The notes below the pieces were generated by a model. That model was not told the DNA's origin. It saw only the letters and a program-made list of their open reading frames with translations, and did not search any database. A stretch of DNA of 64,000 nt, taken from the IMG/VR virus record IMGVR_UViG_3300035670_000148; one strand, 5' to 3'. Positions 10,964 to 19,096 of the stretch are shown here, one piece after another. How positions within the stretch are numbered: position 1 is the first letter of the stretch; the number at the start of each line of letters is the position of its first letter. This DNA comes from an uncultured virus (IMG/VR IMGVR_UViG_3300035670_000148). Lineage: Duplodnaviria; Heunggongvirae; Uroviricota; Caudoviricetes. A program made the position numbers and the translations under genes.

Positions 10964-11677
10964 GTCGTCAAACAAACCCTCAAAAGGGTCTTTCTCGGTT
11001 TGCTCTTGTTTGTTTTGAGAGAGCCAAGAAATAAATTCTTTCTTATGTTTCTTAAATTCTTGGAAGAGAGCGTAGTCATCGGAAGCCATAGCGGAGGAAC
11101 TCCAATATCGGGGTTTCTCTTTGTTTTGATTAACGCGAGCCTGAGCTTGGGTATCAAAGAGTTCATCGGCTTTGAAGTAGCCCCAATAACCATCTCTCTC
11201 TTTGAGGGGATAGACGACCGCGCCTTGTGTGATGCCTTTTATTTCTCCTTGCCAAGTTTCTCCTTGAGTGGAGACCCAGACGACATCTCCTTCTTTGAGG
11301 GGTCGAGCGCCTTCTGTTAAGATGAACTCAGCGGGTTCTCTTTGGCGAGTGGCAGACATCTTTAAGAGGCGAGTGCCTTTAATATATTCTGATGGTTTAT
11401 GCCCTGTGTCATCAATCTCTTCAGGCACCTCAGTTTGCTCCTCTATGAGAGAGGGTTGAGAAGTGACGCTGATAGACAGGACAAGTCCTTTATCTCTATC
11501 TACTCTGAACTGAGAGGTTTTCTCTCCATTTTGGAGGATCATTTCCCAACGAGCTTCGCCCATCTTTTTGATGTCAAGGGCGGAGCAAACTTGAGCCTTA
11601 ATGTCTTTGAGTTTAAGAGTGTTGTTCTGCTTCAACGCTTCAGAAATAACAGATGTGGCTGTTTTTAGTTCTTCCAT
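10949..11677 (-). CDS. Hypothetical protein
   Basis: 242-aa ORF with an upstream GAGGG SD-like sequence; no recognised domain. Confidence 0.6.
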   Translation of the reverse strand: MEELKTATSVISEALKQNNTLKLKDIKAQVCSALDIKKMGEARWEMILQNGEKTSQFRVDRDKGLVLSISVTSQPSLIEEQTEVPEEIDDTGHKPSEYIKGTRLLKMSATRQREPAEFILTEGARPLKEGDVVWVSTQGETWQGEIKGITQGAVVYPLKERDGYWGYFKADELFDTQAQARVNQNKEKPRYWSSSAMASDDYALFQEFKKHKKEFISWLSQNKQEQTEKDPFEGLFDDSDDN

Positions 11678-11762
11678 AGTGACACCCTCTGTTGTTAATG
11701 ATTGATTGTTTATCTCAGATAGATATATCAGAAATAACTATGAGTCCTTTTAAGGAGACATC

Positions 11763-12914
11763 ATGCGTTCAAGAAATAAGAGAGCCTTTTCTAGCCAGCC
11801 CTTAAGGACAAGAAGGGATTATGGCGAGAGGTCTGCAACTACTTTTATGGAGTTTGACAGAGATTCTGATGGGAGAGTATCTCCCTTAGAATGGGAGGAG
11901 GGCTTTGGTCTTATTGACTCTGAGGGGACAGGTTTTATTTCTGAAGGTCAATGGGAGAATAACAACTTTAAGAAGTTGGATTCCGACAATGACGGAGTTG
12001 TTTCTCTTCAAGATTGGCTTGATGGATTTGATGAGTTAGATTCAGATAAAGATGGTTATCTGAATGAACAAGACTTCTACACTCGCGAGGCTTTTGATAG
12101 GAGAGCCGAAAGTGAAATGTGGGCTGACAACTCTGTTGGTAGAAATACAGGGTACTCTAGTCATCTAAATAAAGTGGGTCCCGGTAACTCTGAGAAAGAA
12201 ATACTAGCCGATTTCTTAGAGGATGATATGGGTCTTGTGGATGATATGGGTCTTGTGGATGATGTGGGTCTTGTGGATGATGTGGGTCTTGTGGATGAGT
12301 TACATGACTTAAATCAATTAGATCAGTTCGAGTCTGAGGAAGATGAGGATGATTTTGACTCTGAGGATGATATGGATGATTTTGACTCGGTAGATGAGTT
12401 CGACGAGTTTGATGAGATAGATAACATGGTAAGGTCTGCGAGAGTCTTAGGGAGAATCGGACCTGATGGTGAGAAGAGGTCTCCCAAAGAGGTTGCAGAG
12501 TCTTTTGAGAACTTAAAGAGCAACATGAGTGCTAAGAGTCTAGAGAGCTGGGAGAAATATGAGGGTGCTATGACTCCTAGTGGGTTAGATAAAGCAAGGG
12601 TGAAGGAAAACTCAAAGAAAGCGAACCATCATAGCGGTGGTTCTTACATGAGCCTCAAGAATCTCCGTCAAATGGAACTCTATATAGACACCATACGGGG
12701 ACAGGTTCATAGCGGAGAGGAACTAGACGATTGGGTTGAGGATAAGATTTCTCATGCTCACGCCATACTGAGTGACTTATTTGGTTATTTCGGTTTTGGT
12801 GATGGTTTCCATGAGCATACGGAGGAGGGTACTTTTGATTACGAGGGGAATCGTTTGGCAGAAGAGATGAGGGCACATTTCGGAGATGATGAAGTTGATG
12901 TGGATGAGTTTTAA
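11763..12914 (+). CDS. Four-EF-hand acidic protein, probably virion-associated
   Basis: EF-hand loops DRDSDGRVSPLE, DSEGTGFISEGQ, DSDNDGVVSLQD, DSDKDGYLNEQD; Asp/Glu-rich middle; SD AAGGAG. Confidence 0.75.
   Translation: MRSRNKRAFSSQPLRTRRDYGERSATTFMEFDRDSDGRVSPLEWEEGFGLIDSEGTGFISEGQWENNNFKKLDSDNDGVVSLQDWLDGFDELDSDKDGYLNEQDFYTREAFDRRAESEMWADNSVGRNTGYSSHLNKVGPGNSEKEILADFLEDDMGLVDDMGLVDDVGLVDDVGLVDELHDLNQLDQFESEEDEDDFDSEDDMDDFDSVDEFDEFDEIDNMVRSARVLGRIGPDGEKRSPKEVAESFENLKSNMSAKSLESWEKYEGAMTPSGLDKARVKENSKKANHHSGGSYMSLKNLRQMELYIDTIRGQVHSGEELDDWVEDKISHAHAILSDLFGYFGFGDGFHEHTEEGTFDYEGNRLAEEMRAHFGDDEVDVDEF
12221..12298 (+). repeat. 18-bp coding tandem repeat, about 4.3 copies (DD[M/V]GLV)
   Basis: GGATGAT[A/G]TGGGTCTTGT repeated at 12221, 12239, 12257 and 12275. 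Confidence 0.95.
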
Positions 12915-13180
12915 TCACAGACCTCATAGATGAAGTCTTGAAGGTTATTTAACATAGTTTGAAAGTCCTGTGTGGACATTTCAAAACCCGGTGTCTCAGT
13001 TTGATAAGAGTTAGAGAAACTACACTCAATAATGAAGACATCTGGGCTTTGATGGTCAAGCCACAAATCGTATCCCTCTGTGGTTAAAGACTCTTTAAAG
13101 AAGAGCAACTTAATCCCGTATTTGCGCGCTTGAAGTATATTATTAGTTATATGTTTTATTTTATCTTCTGTAGTGAACAT
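12911..13180 (-). CDS. Hypothetical protein
   Basis: 89-aa ORF with an AAGGA SD, filling the gap between + strand genes. Confidence 0.55.
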   Translation of the reverse strand: MFTTEDKIKHITNNILQARKYGIKLLFFKESLTTEGYDLWLDHQSPDVFIIECSFSNSYQTETPGFEMSTQDFQTMLNNLQDFIYEVCD

Positions 13181-13205
13181 AATATTCCTTTAGAGGAGAT
13201 GACTC

Positions 13206-13544
13206 ATGCAGACTTTACGAGCGAGAGAGGGTGTTGATTTCCCCCTACAAGCCATATGGCTTGACCCATATGGCAGACCTCTAAGTGTCAATAATGTGAC
13301 CTATGAGGTGTTTTATTATATCGGAGCGAACAAGGAGTTTTTGGTCACCACATCTGCGATGGCAGCTACTGATGAAAACTATAGATTCCTCATTTATTTC
13401 TCACCCCCGGAGGGTTCAGCAGGCTTAACTTTATTTTGTACATACAGAGCGGTGCTAGAGGATGATGACACAGACTTGGTTCAAGAAGTGACTCTTCAAA
13501 TAGAGAAACCGATTGTCCTTCAAAAGATGGGTATTTCTCTATAA
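13206..13544 (+). CDS. Small beta-rich (Ig-like) protein, possibly structural
   Basis: SD GAGGAG; alternating beta-strand pattern; resembles the next ORF (DPYGRPL vs DELGVPF). Confidence 0.5.
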   Translation: MQTLRAREGVDFPLQAIWLDPYGRPLSVNNVTYEVFYYIGANKEFLVTTSAMAATDENYRFLIYFSPPEGSAGLTLFCTYRAVLEDDDTDLVQEVTLQIEKPIVLQKMGISL

Positions 13545-13562
13545 CCTCAAAAGGAGGACTAT

Positions 13563-13874
13563 ATGTTATTTGTGCAAAGAGAGCTTCTAGGTCCAAATGA
13601 CTTAAAAGTTCAGATAACAGATGAGTTAGGTGTTCCCTTCGACCCTTATTTCTTGGTGTACTCTTTTCATAGAAATACACCTACAAGAGGTTGGTATCGA
13701 GTAGGTGATGATAATCGTCAGCCGGTTAGACATCAAGCGGGATATTATTATGTAGGAGAGAGGTTAAGTACCGAGTTTTTGGTGGGGGATTATTATGTTC
13801 AGTGGGTCATGGCTAGAACTCCAGAGAGTCCGAAAGAGATTATAGGTAGGAAAGAGTTTTCTATCATCTCTTAG
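13563..13874 (+). CDS. Small beta-rich (Ig-like) protein, possibly structural
   Basis: SD AGGAGG; 'GYYYV...VGDYYVQW' Ig-like strand pattern. Confidence 0.5.
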   Translation: MLFVQRELLGPNDLKVQITDELGVPFDPYFLVYSFHRNTPTRGWYRVGDDNRQPVRHQAGYYYVGERLSTEFLVGDYYVQWVMARTPESPKEIIGRKEFSIIS

Positions 13875-13927
13875 TTGATATTATTTTTATTTCTCCTTCT
13901 GTAGATGTTTTGCAAAAGGAGAACAAG

Positions 13928-14686
13928 ATGTTATCTCAGCTAGAGTCATTAAATCTTAGAATCGCGCGTTTGGAAAGACTTCATCGTGAGGCAAACTTCC
14001 ATGACCGCTCTGCGGCAGGGAAGGCTTATCTTTTTGATATGGGTCTTACAAGAGATAAGGTCAGAAGTGGCGAAGCCGCCATGCTTTACAAGATAGACCC
14101 TCAGATGAATCAGTCCAAGTTTTATGAGATGCTTATTGTTTCTCGTAGAAGGGGCGTTTTCACACTTATTAAGAAGTGGGGTCGTCTTGGACCTAACTCC
14201 AAGACTATTGAGGCAGACTTTCCCTCATTAGAGGAGGCGCGTAGAGAACTCGCTCAGACTTTACGGAGCAAGTTGAGCAGAGGTTATATTTCTACTTACT
14301 CTCCAGACCACAGAAATACAAATGGAGCAAAACTCCCTGTGGGTCAATATCCTGTCGGATTGGAAAGTAATCCCGGACTTTGGAGAAATCAGAAGGTTAT
14401 TTCTTGCAAGCCCGCTTTACAGAAGTTGCTTGTCCAGCTCACGAAATCTCAGAAGCAGGTCATGCTCGGTAAGTTTGGCAGAACTCTTATTTCTTCCCTA
14501 CAGGAAGCCTTAGCATTAACGAGTGAGCTAGATGAGTCTATGGCTCGTATCGTTTATGAAAAGATTAGAGCACCCCTCAATCGAATCAAGGGAGAGGGTC
14601 GTCATGCGCCCGACCCCGATAAGATCGTAAAAGAGCTTAATTCACTTCGGAGATATTTAGAGCTTCAGCTTTCTACTTGTATGTAA
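13928..14686 (+). CDS. WGR-domain protein
   Basis: 'NQSKFYEMLIV...FTLIKKWGRLG...F.SLEEARREL...KLSRGY' is the WGR domain signature. Start placed at ATG 13928 behind SD AAGGAG. Confidence 0.8.
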   Translation: MLSQLESLNLRIARLERLHREANFHDRSAAGKAYLFDMGLTRDKVRSGEAAMLYKIDPQMNQSKFYEMLIVSRRRGVFTLIKKWGRLGPNSKTIEADFPSLEEARRELAQTLRSKLSRGYISTYSPDHRNTNGAKLPVGQYPVGLESNPGLWRNQKVISCKPALQKLLVQLTKSQKQVMLGKFGRTLISSLQEALALTSELDESMARIVYEKIRAPLNRIKGEGRHAPDPDKIVKELNSLRRYLELQLSTCM

Positions 14687-14687
14687 A

Positions 14688-14732
14688 ATAAGAGGGGGGG
14701 TGATAGTCTTAAACCATCACCCCCCCTCTTAT
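14688..14732. terminator. Bidirectional hairpin terminator between convergent genes
   Basis: Perfect 17-bp stem ATAAGAGGGGGGGTGAT / ATCACCCCCCCTCTTAT with an 11-nt loop, between the stops of 13928..14686(+) and 14753..14974(-). Confidence 0.8.
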
Positions 14733-14752
14733 GAGAGACTCAACTTCAGAGA

Positions 14753-14974
14753 TTACTCTGCGGAGTTCTTGTCATCCTTGAACGAGTCCAAGATAGACTG
14801 ACGGAGAGCCTTCACATTGTCAGAAGCCTCCTTTAAGGTCTTACGAGCGCGAGTGGCGGCGGCACGATTACCCTTGTCAATCTTGGTCACATCGGACTGA
14901 AACTCAGGGTTATTCAGAACATTCAAGAGTGCCTGAACCTGCTCAGTAATCGTCGTCTTTGTATTAGTACCCAT
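14753..14974 (-). CDS. Histone H1-like (Hc1-family) small DNA-binding protein
   Basis: 'DVTKIDKGNRAAATRARKTLKEASDNVKALRQSIL' matches the Hc1-like 'KGNKAAGTRARK' signature. Start reassigned to ATG 14974 (SD GGAGA). Confidence 0.75.
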   Translation of the reverse strand: MGTNTKTTITEQVQALLNVLNNPEFQSDVTKIDKGNRAAATRARKTLKEASDNVKALRQSILDSFKDDKNSAE

Positions 14975-15055
14975 GTCATCTCCATGTAGAGTTAAAACAC
15001 ACTTTAACTTGGTGTGCGCTGATATATACCACAATTTAGGGCTATTTTTTCTTAA

Positions 15056-15289
15056 TTATTTCACTATTTCCATTCTTATCTCACCTTCGTCAGTCACCCA
15101 AACTCTTTCCCACCCTTTTGCTTTTCCTTGTGTGAACAAGATAATCAGTCCATTTTTCTCAATCCAAGTCTTAGCCTCTTGAATAGCTTCGGGCTTCTTT
15201 TGGATGAATTCGTGGACAAGTTTCTTAGGTAGAAGTCCAAATGGAACCAACTCTTTTGACTCGACTTCTCCACTTCTGCCATTCTTCAT
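15056..15289 (-). CDS. Hypothetical protein
   Basis: 77-aa ORF with SD AGGAGG, in the polymerase operon. Confidence 0.55.
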   Translation of the reverse strand: MKNGRSGEVESKELVPFGLLPKKLVHEFIQKKPEAIQEAKTWIEKNGLIILFTQGKAKGWERVWVTDEGEIRMEIVK

Positions 15290-15458
15290 CTGAAAGACCT
15301 CCTATAAACTCAACAGGGACATTTTGGGGCAGGGTGTCTGTAGAAATATGCACAAAGGGTAGGGTGTGCGCGCATAACTTCAGAGAAATAAAAGTCTTAG
15401 GTGACATAATCAAGTGTGTGCCTTTGACGGCAAGTTCGCTGACATACAATTCGTTCAT
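15225..15458 (-). CDS. Hypothetical protein
   Basis: 77-aa ORF coupled (ATGA overlap) to the upstream gene. Confidence 0.45.
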   Translation of the reverse strand: MNELYVSELAVKGTHLIMSPKTFISLKLCAHTLPFVHISTDTLPQNVPVEFIGGLSDEEWQKWRSRVKRVGSIWTST

Positions 15459-15979
15459 TTGGAGTCTCCCATTTTAAAGGTTGCGCCTACTTTTAGGGTT
15501 TTGGGGGGTACTGCCCACTCGTCAACGGGGGCTGCGATTTGATGAGAAGGCAGGTGAAGCTCTACATTCTTAGCAGGGACATTTAACTGCCTAACGGGTT
15601 TCTTTTTGGGTTCGTCAGAACCTGTTTTATTTGTTTCTACAGGTTTAGGGTCTAGGGGTTTAGGGTCTAGATCAACAAATAGAGCGGGTTTGGGTGGGGT
15701 CGGCTCAGATTTCGCACCCCACACCTCTATGATACCTTGATGTGGAAGGGTCTCCAAGTCTGACAGACCTTCCCATCTAGAAGCCTCTTTTTGAGAAATA
15801 ATATTAGGGTTTAAGATAAGTCTATCTACTTGAGTGTTTATGCGTTCGTCCCAGCTTGAAAAAGCCCAGCCTGCTCTTTCACACGACCTATTTTTACATC
15901 TTCTGCAAAACATACCTGTGAAGTCTTTTTCGGGTATGTTTTGGTCATTACAAGAGCTTAACAGGTCGTTTTTTTGCAT
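15455..15979 (-). CDS. Hypothetical protein with an N-terminal Cys cluster (C...CxxCxxxxC)
   Basis: 'SSCNDQ...FCRRCKNRSCERA'; Pro-rich C-terminus; SD GAGGTG. Confidence 0.6.
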   Translation of the reverse strand: MQKNDLLSSCNDQNIPEKDFTGMFCRRCKNRSCERAGWAFSSWDERINTQVDRLILNPNIISQKEASRWEGLSDLETLPHQGIIEVWGAKSEPTPPKPALFVDLDPKPLDPKPVETNKTGSDEPKKKPVRQLNVPAKNVELHLPSHQIAAPVDEWAVPPKTLKVGATFKMGDSK

Positions 15980-15992
15980 TTCTCACCTCATC

Positions 15993-18635
15993 TTAAAAGA
16001 GAGATGACACATCTCTCTCTTGATAATATACCTCTCCATTAGGATTAAGAGATAACCATTTAGCGAGTTCTACTGCGTTCTCTTCTGTAAGGGACTTTAA
16101 GACAAACCTAGACACCTGAGGTTTCTCGTCAAGTTTGACCTCGTTTTGTTCTTGAGCCTCTTCGGTGTGAAATATACGAGCTAAGACTTCGGGGACAGGA
16201 ACTTTGACCTCCACCATGATAGGCTTGCCATCTTCTCCAATTTGGTCAGAAGGCTTTTTCTTTTCTTGATAGCCTCGCTTTAGGTCTTTCAAATCATATG
16301 GGACAGACCAATCCTCACCTACCTCCACATCCACAAGTAGAGGGACATTCCACTTCTGATTCGCGATGGCTTTATTTCTGACCATTAGATTAGAAATAAC
16401 AGGGATTGCTTCTCCGATAATATCCTCATGGATTTCAAACACGATTTCGTCATGCACAGTCAATATCATCTTCAGCTTATCAAACCAACCCCGCTTCTTA
16501 GTCTCTTTGTAGATGAGAGACATAGCCAGCTTAGTCACATCTGCGCTTGTGCCTTGTACGGGACCATTAACTGCCTTGCGCTCATCTTTCGACTTCCTAG
16601 AGAACTCGTCTGACTTGATATCGGGCAAAGGCTGGACACGACCAAAAGCCGTTTTAACATATCCATTTTTCCGCCCAAATTCATGCTGTAAAGACCACCA
16701 AGAAGTCAGCGTCTTATAAGTCTTAGTGAAGGTCTTATATTTCTCTTCTCCCTCATCCGCACTACAGCCGATAGTGCGCTGAACAGCCTTGCCTGTGCCG
16801 CCATAAGACAGAGCGAAGTTACAGCCTTTCCCGTTTCCGCGAAGCTCCTTCCAATCGGGGCGGTCTTTAGCAGAGTCTCCATAAAAAGCCACCGCTGTGA
16901 TTGTGTGAAGGTCGCCTATCTTATCTGACCCACACACGCAGAAAGAAGGGGTGGCTTTGACGATTCCGTCTGTGTCTTGTTCTTGAGAGAACTGACGACC
17001 ACACTCTGAACACTCAAAGAAGGCTTTAATCCACTTCGGCTCGCCTGAGAGATTTGAAACAAGTCGAAGCTCAACACCCGCATAGTCTATCGCGACAATC
17101 CACCAACCCTTCTCTCTCGCTTTTATACAGCTACGCATCTCAGAAATAAATCGGGGCTTTGACTTATCCTTCCCATACGCGGGAATACCTTGAAATGGGA
17201 CACGACAACCTCCATCTTTCGTGACCCAAGGTTCCGAGGTCGTCTTACAAGAGAAACGCCCTGTGTCTGCTGAGAATTGGTCAAACTTCGGCATGAGCGT
17301 GCCGTCTTTGCCCACATCCTCCAACATTGGGATTAAATACTGACTTAGGTTCTTGCTCAAAATACGAAGGTTCTTGATACGCCCCATAAATGGGAACGAA
17401 GCCTCCGCCTCTTCTATCACCTCATCTAGCGCATCACGAGAGGTGACAACCTGTCCAGATTTCTCTGTCGCTTGGAGATTCGGGACACCTAACTCTCTAA
17501 ACATTAAGCCTAGCTGTTGTGGTGACATCACATCGTACACCATCGGAAACTCTACTTCCTCTGTCCCCGCAACACGCCCCAAAATCGGAACAGACTTCTT
17601 CAAGAGTTCCGTAGAGTCAGGATACAAGCGTGAAGCCTCTTTCCGCGCCTCATCTACTCTAATCTTATAAGACATCCTCTCATCCCCGCCCACCTCTAAA
17701 GGAGAAAACTTATTTCTACCTTTCAACTCCCCCTTCATCAGCTTTACATAGTTAGGGGTCACATTTCTACCGAGTATCTCAGAGGCTCCTTGATACACAT
17801 CTAAAAGACTCTCCCACCATAAAGTCTGACCCTCAATACAAGACTTCAGAGCTTTCTCATGGTCTATATAGACACGACACCGGTGCATCCAGCTCACCGA
17901 CACCAAACACATCTTCTCTAAAGCGTACATACTCGCAGTATGTTCGGGTGCGTCTGTGTACTGCTTATTTAAGATTTCCCAAATCCTTAAAGTACAAAGC
18001 GCGTCAGAGGCGGCATACCAAGTGGCAGGTTCCCAAGAGGGGTCTAGAGAAGAGTAATCTTTCTGCTTTGAATCGGGTATCAAGTCGTCTAGCTCTATCA
18101 TCTTCATAGATAAGAGTTCATCTGATAAAGCCTTCAATCCGCGACCACCCTTTTGTCGGGGATTGAGTAAATACTTGATGATGAGAGTGTCCTCCCACAT
18201 CTTATGGTCATCCCATCTATCCTTCCCAAGAGGAGAAAAACCATTATACTCTAAGAAGGTTGCATCGAAAGAGATGTTGTGAAATACAGGTCTAGCTTTC
18301 TGTGAGGGGTCAAATAAACGACCAAACTCCTTCTTCACTAAAGACCAAGGAATATTATACTCTGAACCCTGCTTATGCCCCAACGGGAAATAATAAGCCT
18401 TGTTCGGGAAGGGTGAGATAGAAATACCGACAAGAGAGTCCATCGTGCGACCATCAAAGACTCGTTGGTCTAACCCTGTAGTCTCTGTGTCACACCCATA
18501 AACCTCTACTGAAAGACACTCGTCTATCGCTTGTGTGATGTTCTCCTTTGTCCCTAAGATTAACTCAACATTATTCATCCAATCCTGCTTAGTTATTACA
18601 GGTCTCCGTAGTTCTGACAGAAACTCATCAAACAT
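15993..18635 (-). CDS. polA: Family A DNA polymerase with 3'-5' exonuclease
   Basis: ExoI 'CDTETTGLD', ExoII 'FHNISFD', ExoIII 'YAASDA', 'DTGRFS', motif A 'AIDYAGVELRLVSNLSGE', motif B 'RGNGKGCNFALSYG', 'NGPVQGTSAD', motif C 'TVHDEIVFE'. No 5'-3' exonuclease. Start likely ATG 18635. Confidence 0.95.
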   Translation of the reverse strand: MFDEFLSELRRPVITKQDWMNNVELILGTKENITQAIDECLSVEVYGCDTETTGLDQRVFDGRTMDSLVGISISPFPNKAYYFPLGHKQGSEYNIPWSLVKKEFGRLFDPSQKARPVFHNISFDATFLEYNGFSPLGKDRWDDHKMWEDTLIIKYLLNPRQKGGRGLKALSDELLSMKMIELDDLIPDSKQKDYSSLDPSWEPATWYAASDALCTLRIWEILNKQYTDAPEHTASMYALEKMCLVSVSWMHRCRVYIDHEKALKSCIEGQTLWWESLLDVYQGASEILGRNVTPNYVKLMKGELKGRNKFSPLEVGGDERMSYKIRVDEARKEASRLYPDSTELLKKSVPILGRVAGTEEVEFPMVYDVMSPQQLGLMFRELGVPNLQATEKSGQVVTSRDALDEVIEEAEASFPFMGRIKNLRILSKNLSQYLIPMLEDVGKDGTLMPKFDQFSADTGRFSCKTTSEPWVTKDGGCRVPFQGIPAYGKDKSKPRFISEMRSCIKAREKGWWIVAIDYAGVELRLVSNLSGEPKWIKAFFECSECGRQFSQEQDTDGIVKATPSFCVCGSDKIGDLHTITAVAFYGDSAKDRPDWKELRGNGKGCNFALSYGGTGKAVQRTIGCSADEGEEKYKTFTKTYKTLTSWWSLQHEFGRKNGYVKTAFGRVQPLPDIKSDEFSRKSKDERKAVNGPVQGTSADVTKLAMSLIYKETKKRGWFDKLKMILTVHDEIVFEIHEDIIGEAIPVISNLMVRNKAIANQKWNVPLLVDVEVGEDWSVPYDLKDLKRGYQEKKKPSDQIGEDGKPIMVEVKVPVPEVLARIFHTEEAQEQNEVKLDEKPQVSRFVLKSLTEENAVELAKWLSLNPNGEVYYQERDVSSLF

Positions 18636-18699
18636 ATTATTTCCTTTATACCTCACTCAGTCAGAGGGTCTATTCCCTCATATAAGAAAGAGGTGTGTT

Positions 18700-19062
18700 G
18701 TGTCGAACTTTTGGCTAAACAAGCAGGGTCAGAATACCCTTAAAGGCTCTCTAACGAATCCCTTAAACATACCTGTTCTTCCAGATGATGTGATTCTAGA
18801 GTTTCTTAAAACTTACCCTGTGGCGCGCGCCGACCTCTTTGCGTTGCTCCCCACATTAGAACTAGATGAACAAGCTAGACTTCAAGACTTGATTGACGCT
18901 CACCCCACCATATTAAGAACCGATGTTTACCCTCAAGTTGAGGAAGACCGCTTCCAATCAAAACTCAACTCTACTCGTGTGAATAACTACACCGTAGGTC
19001 TTATGAAAGGAACCGCGCCCGTTAATAGAAGTCCTCGTGTAAACTTCGTTAAGTTGTACTAA
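18700..19062 (+). CDS. Hypothetical protein
   Basis: In-frame GTG at 18700 after SD AGAGG; the longer ORF-track start overlaps polA. Confidence 0.55.
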   Translation: MSNFWLNKQGQNTLKGSLTNPLNIPVLPDDVILEFLKTYPVARADLFALLPTLELDEQARLQDLIDAHPTILRTDVYPQVEEDRFQSKLNSTRVNNYTVGLMKGTAPVNRSPRVNFVKLY

Positions 19063-19096
19063 TAACCTTTTTATCTGCGCGATACTCCAAAGGAGA

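Noticed and set aside
12221..12298. Tandem repeats as a CRISPR array (also 20888-20955 and 56860-56907)
   Set aside because: Head-to-tail repeats without unique spacers, in or overlapping coding sequence; no cas genes.
15642..15671. TTTAGGG telomere-like motif
   Set aside because: Only two copies of a 15-bp unit encoding LDPKP on the minus strand.
18665..18679. Small GAGGG/CCCTC hairpin between polA and the 18700 gene
   Set aside because: A 5-bp stem is expected by chance; no supporting features.
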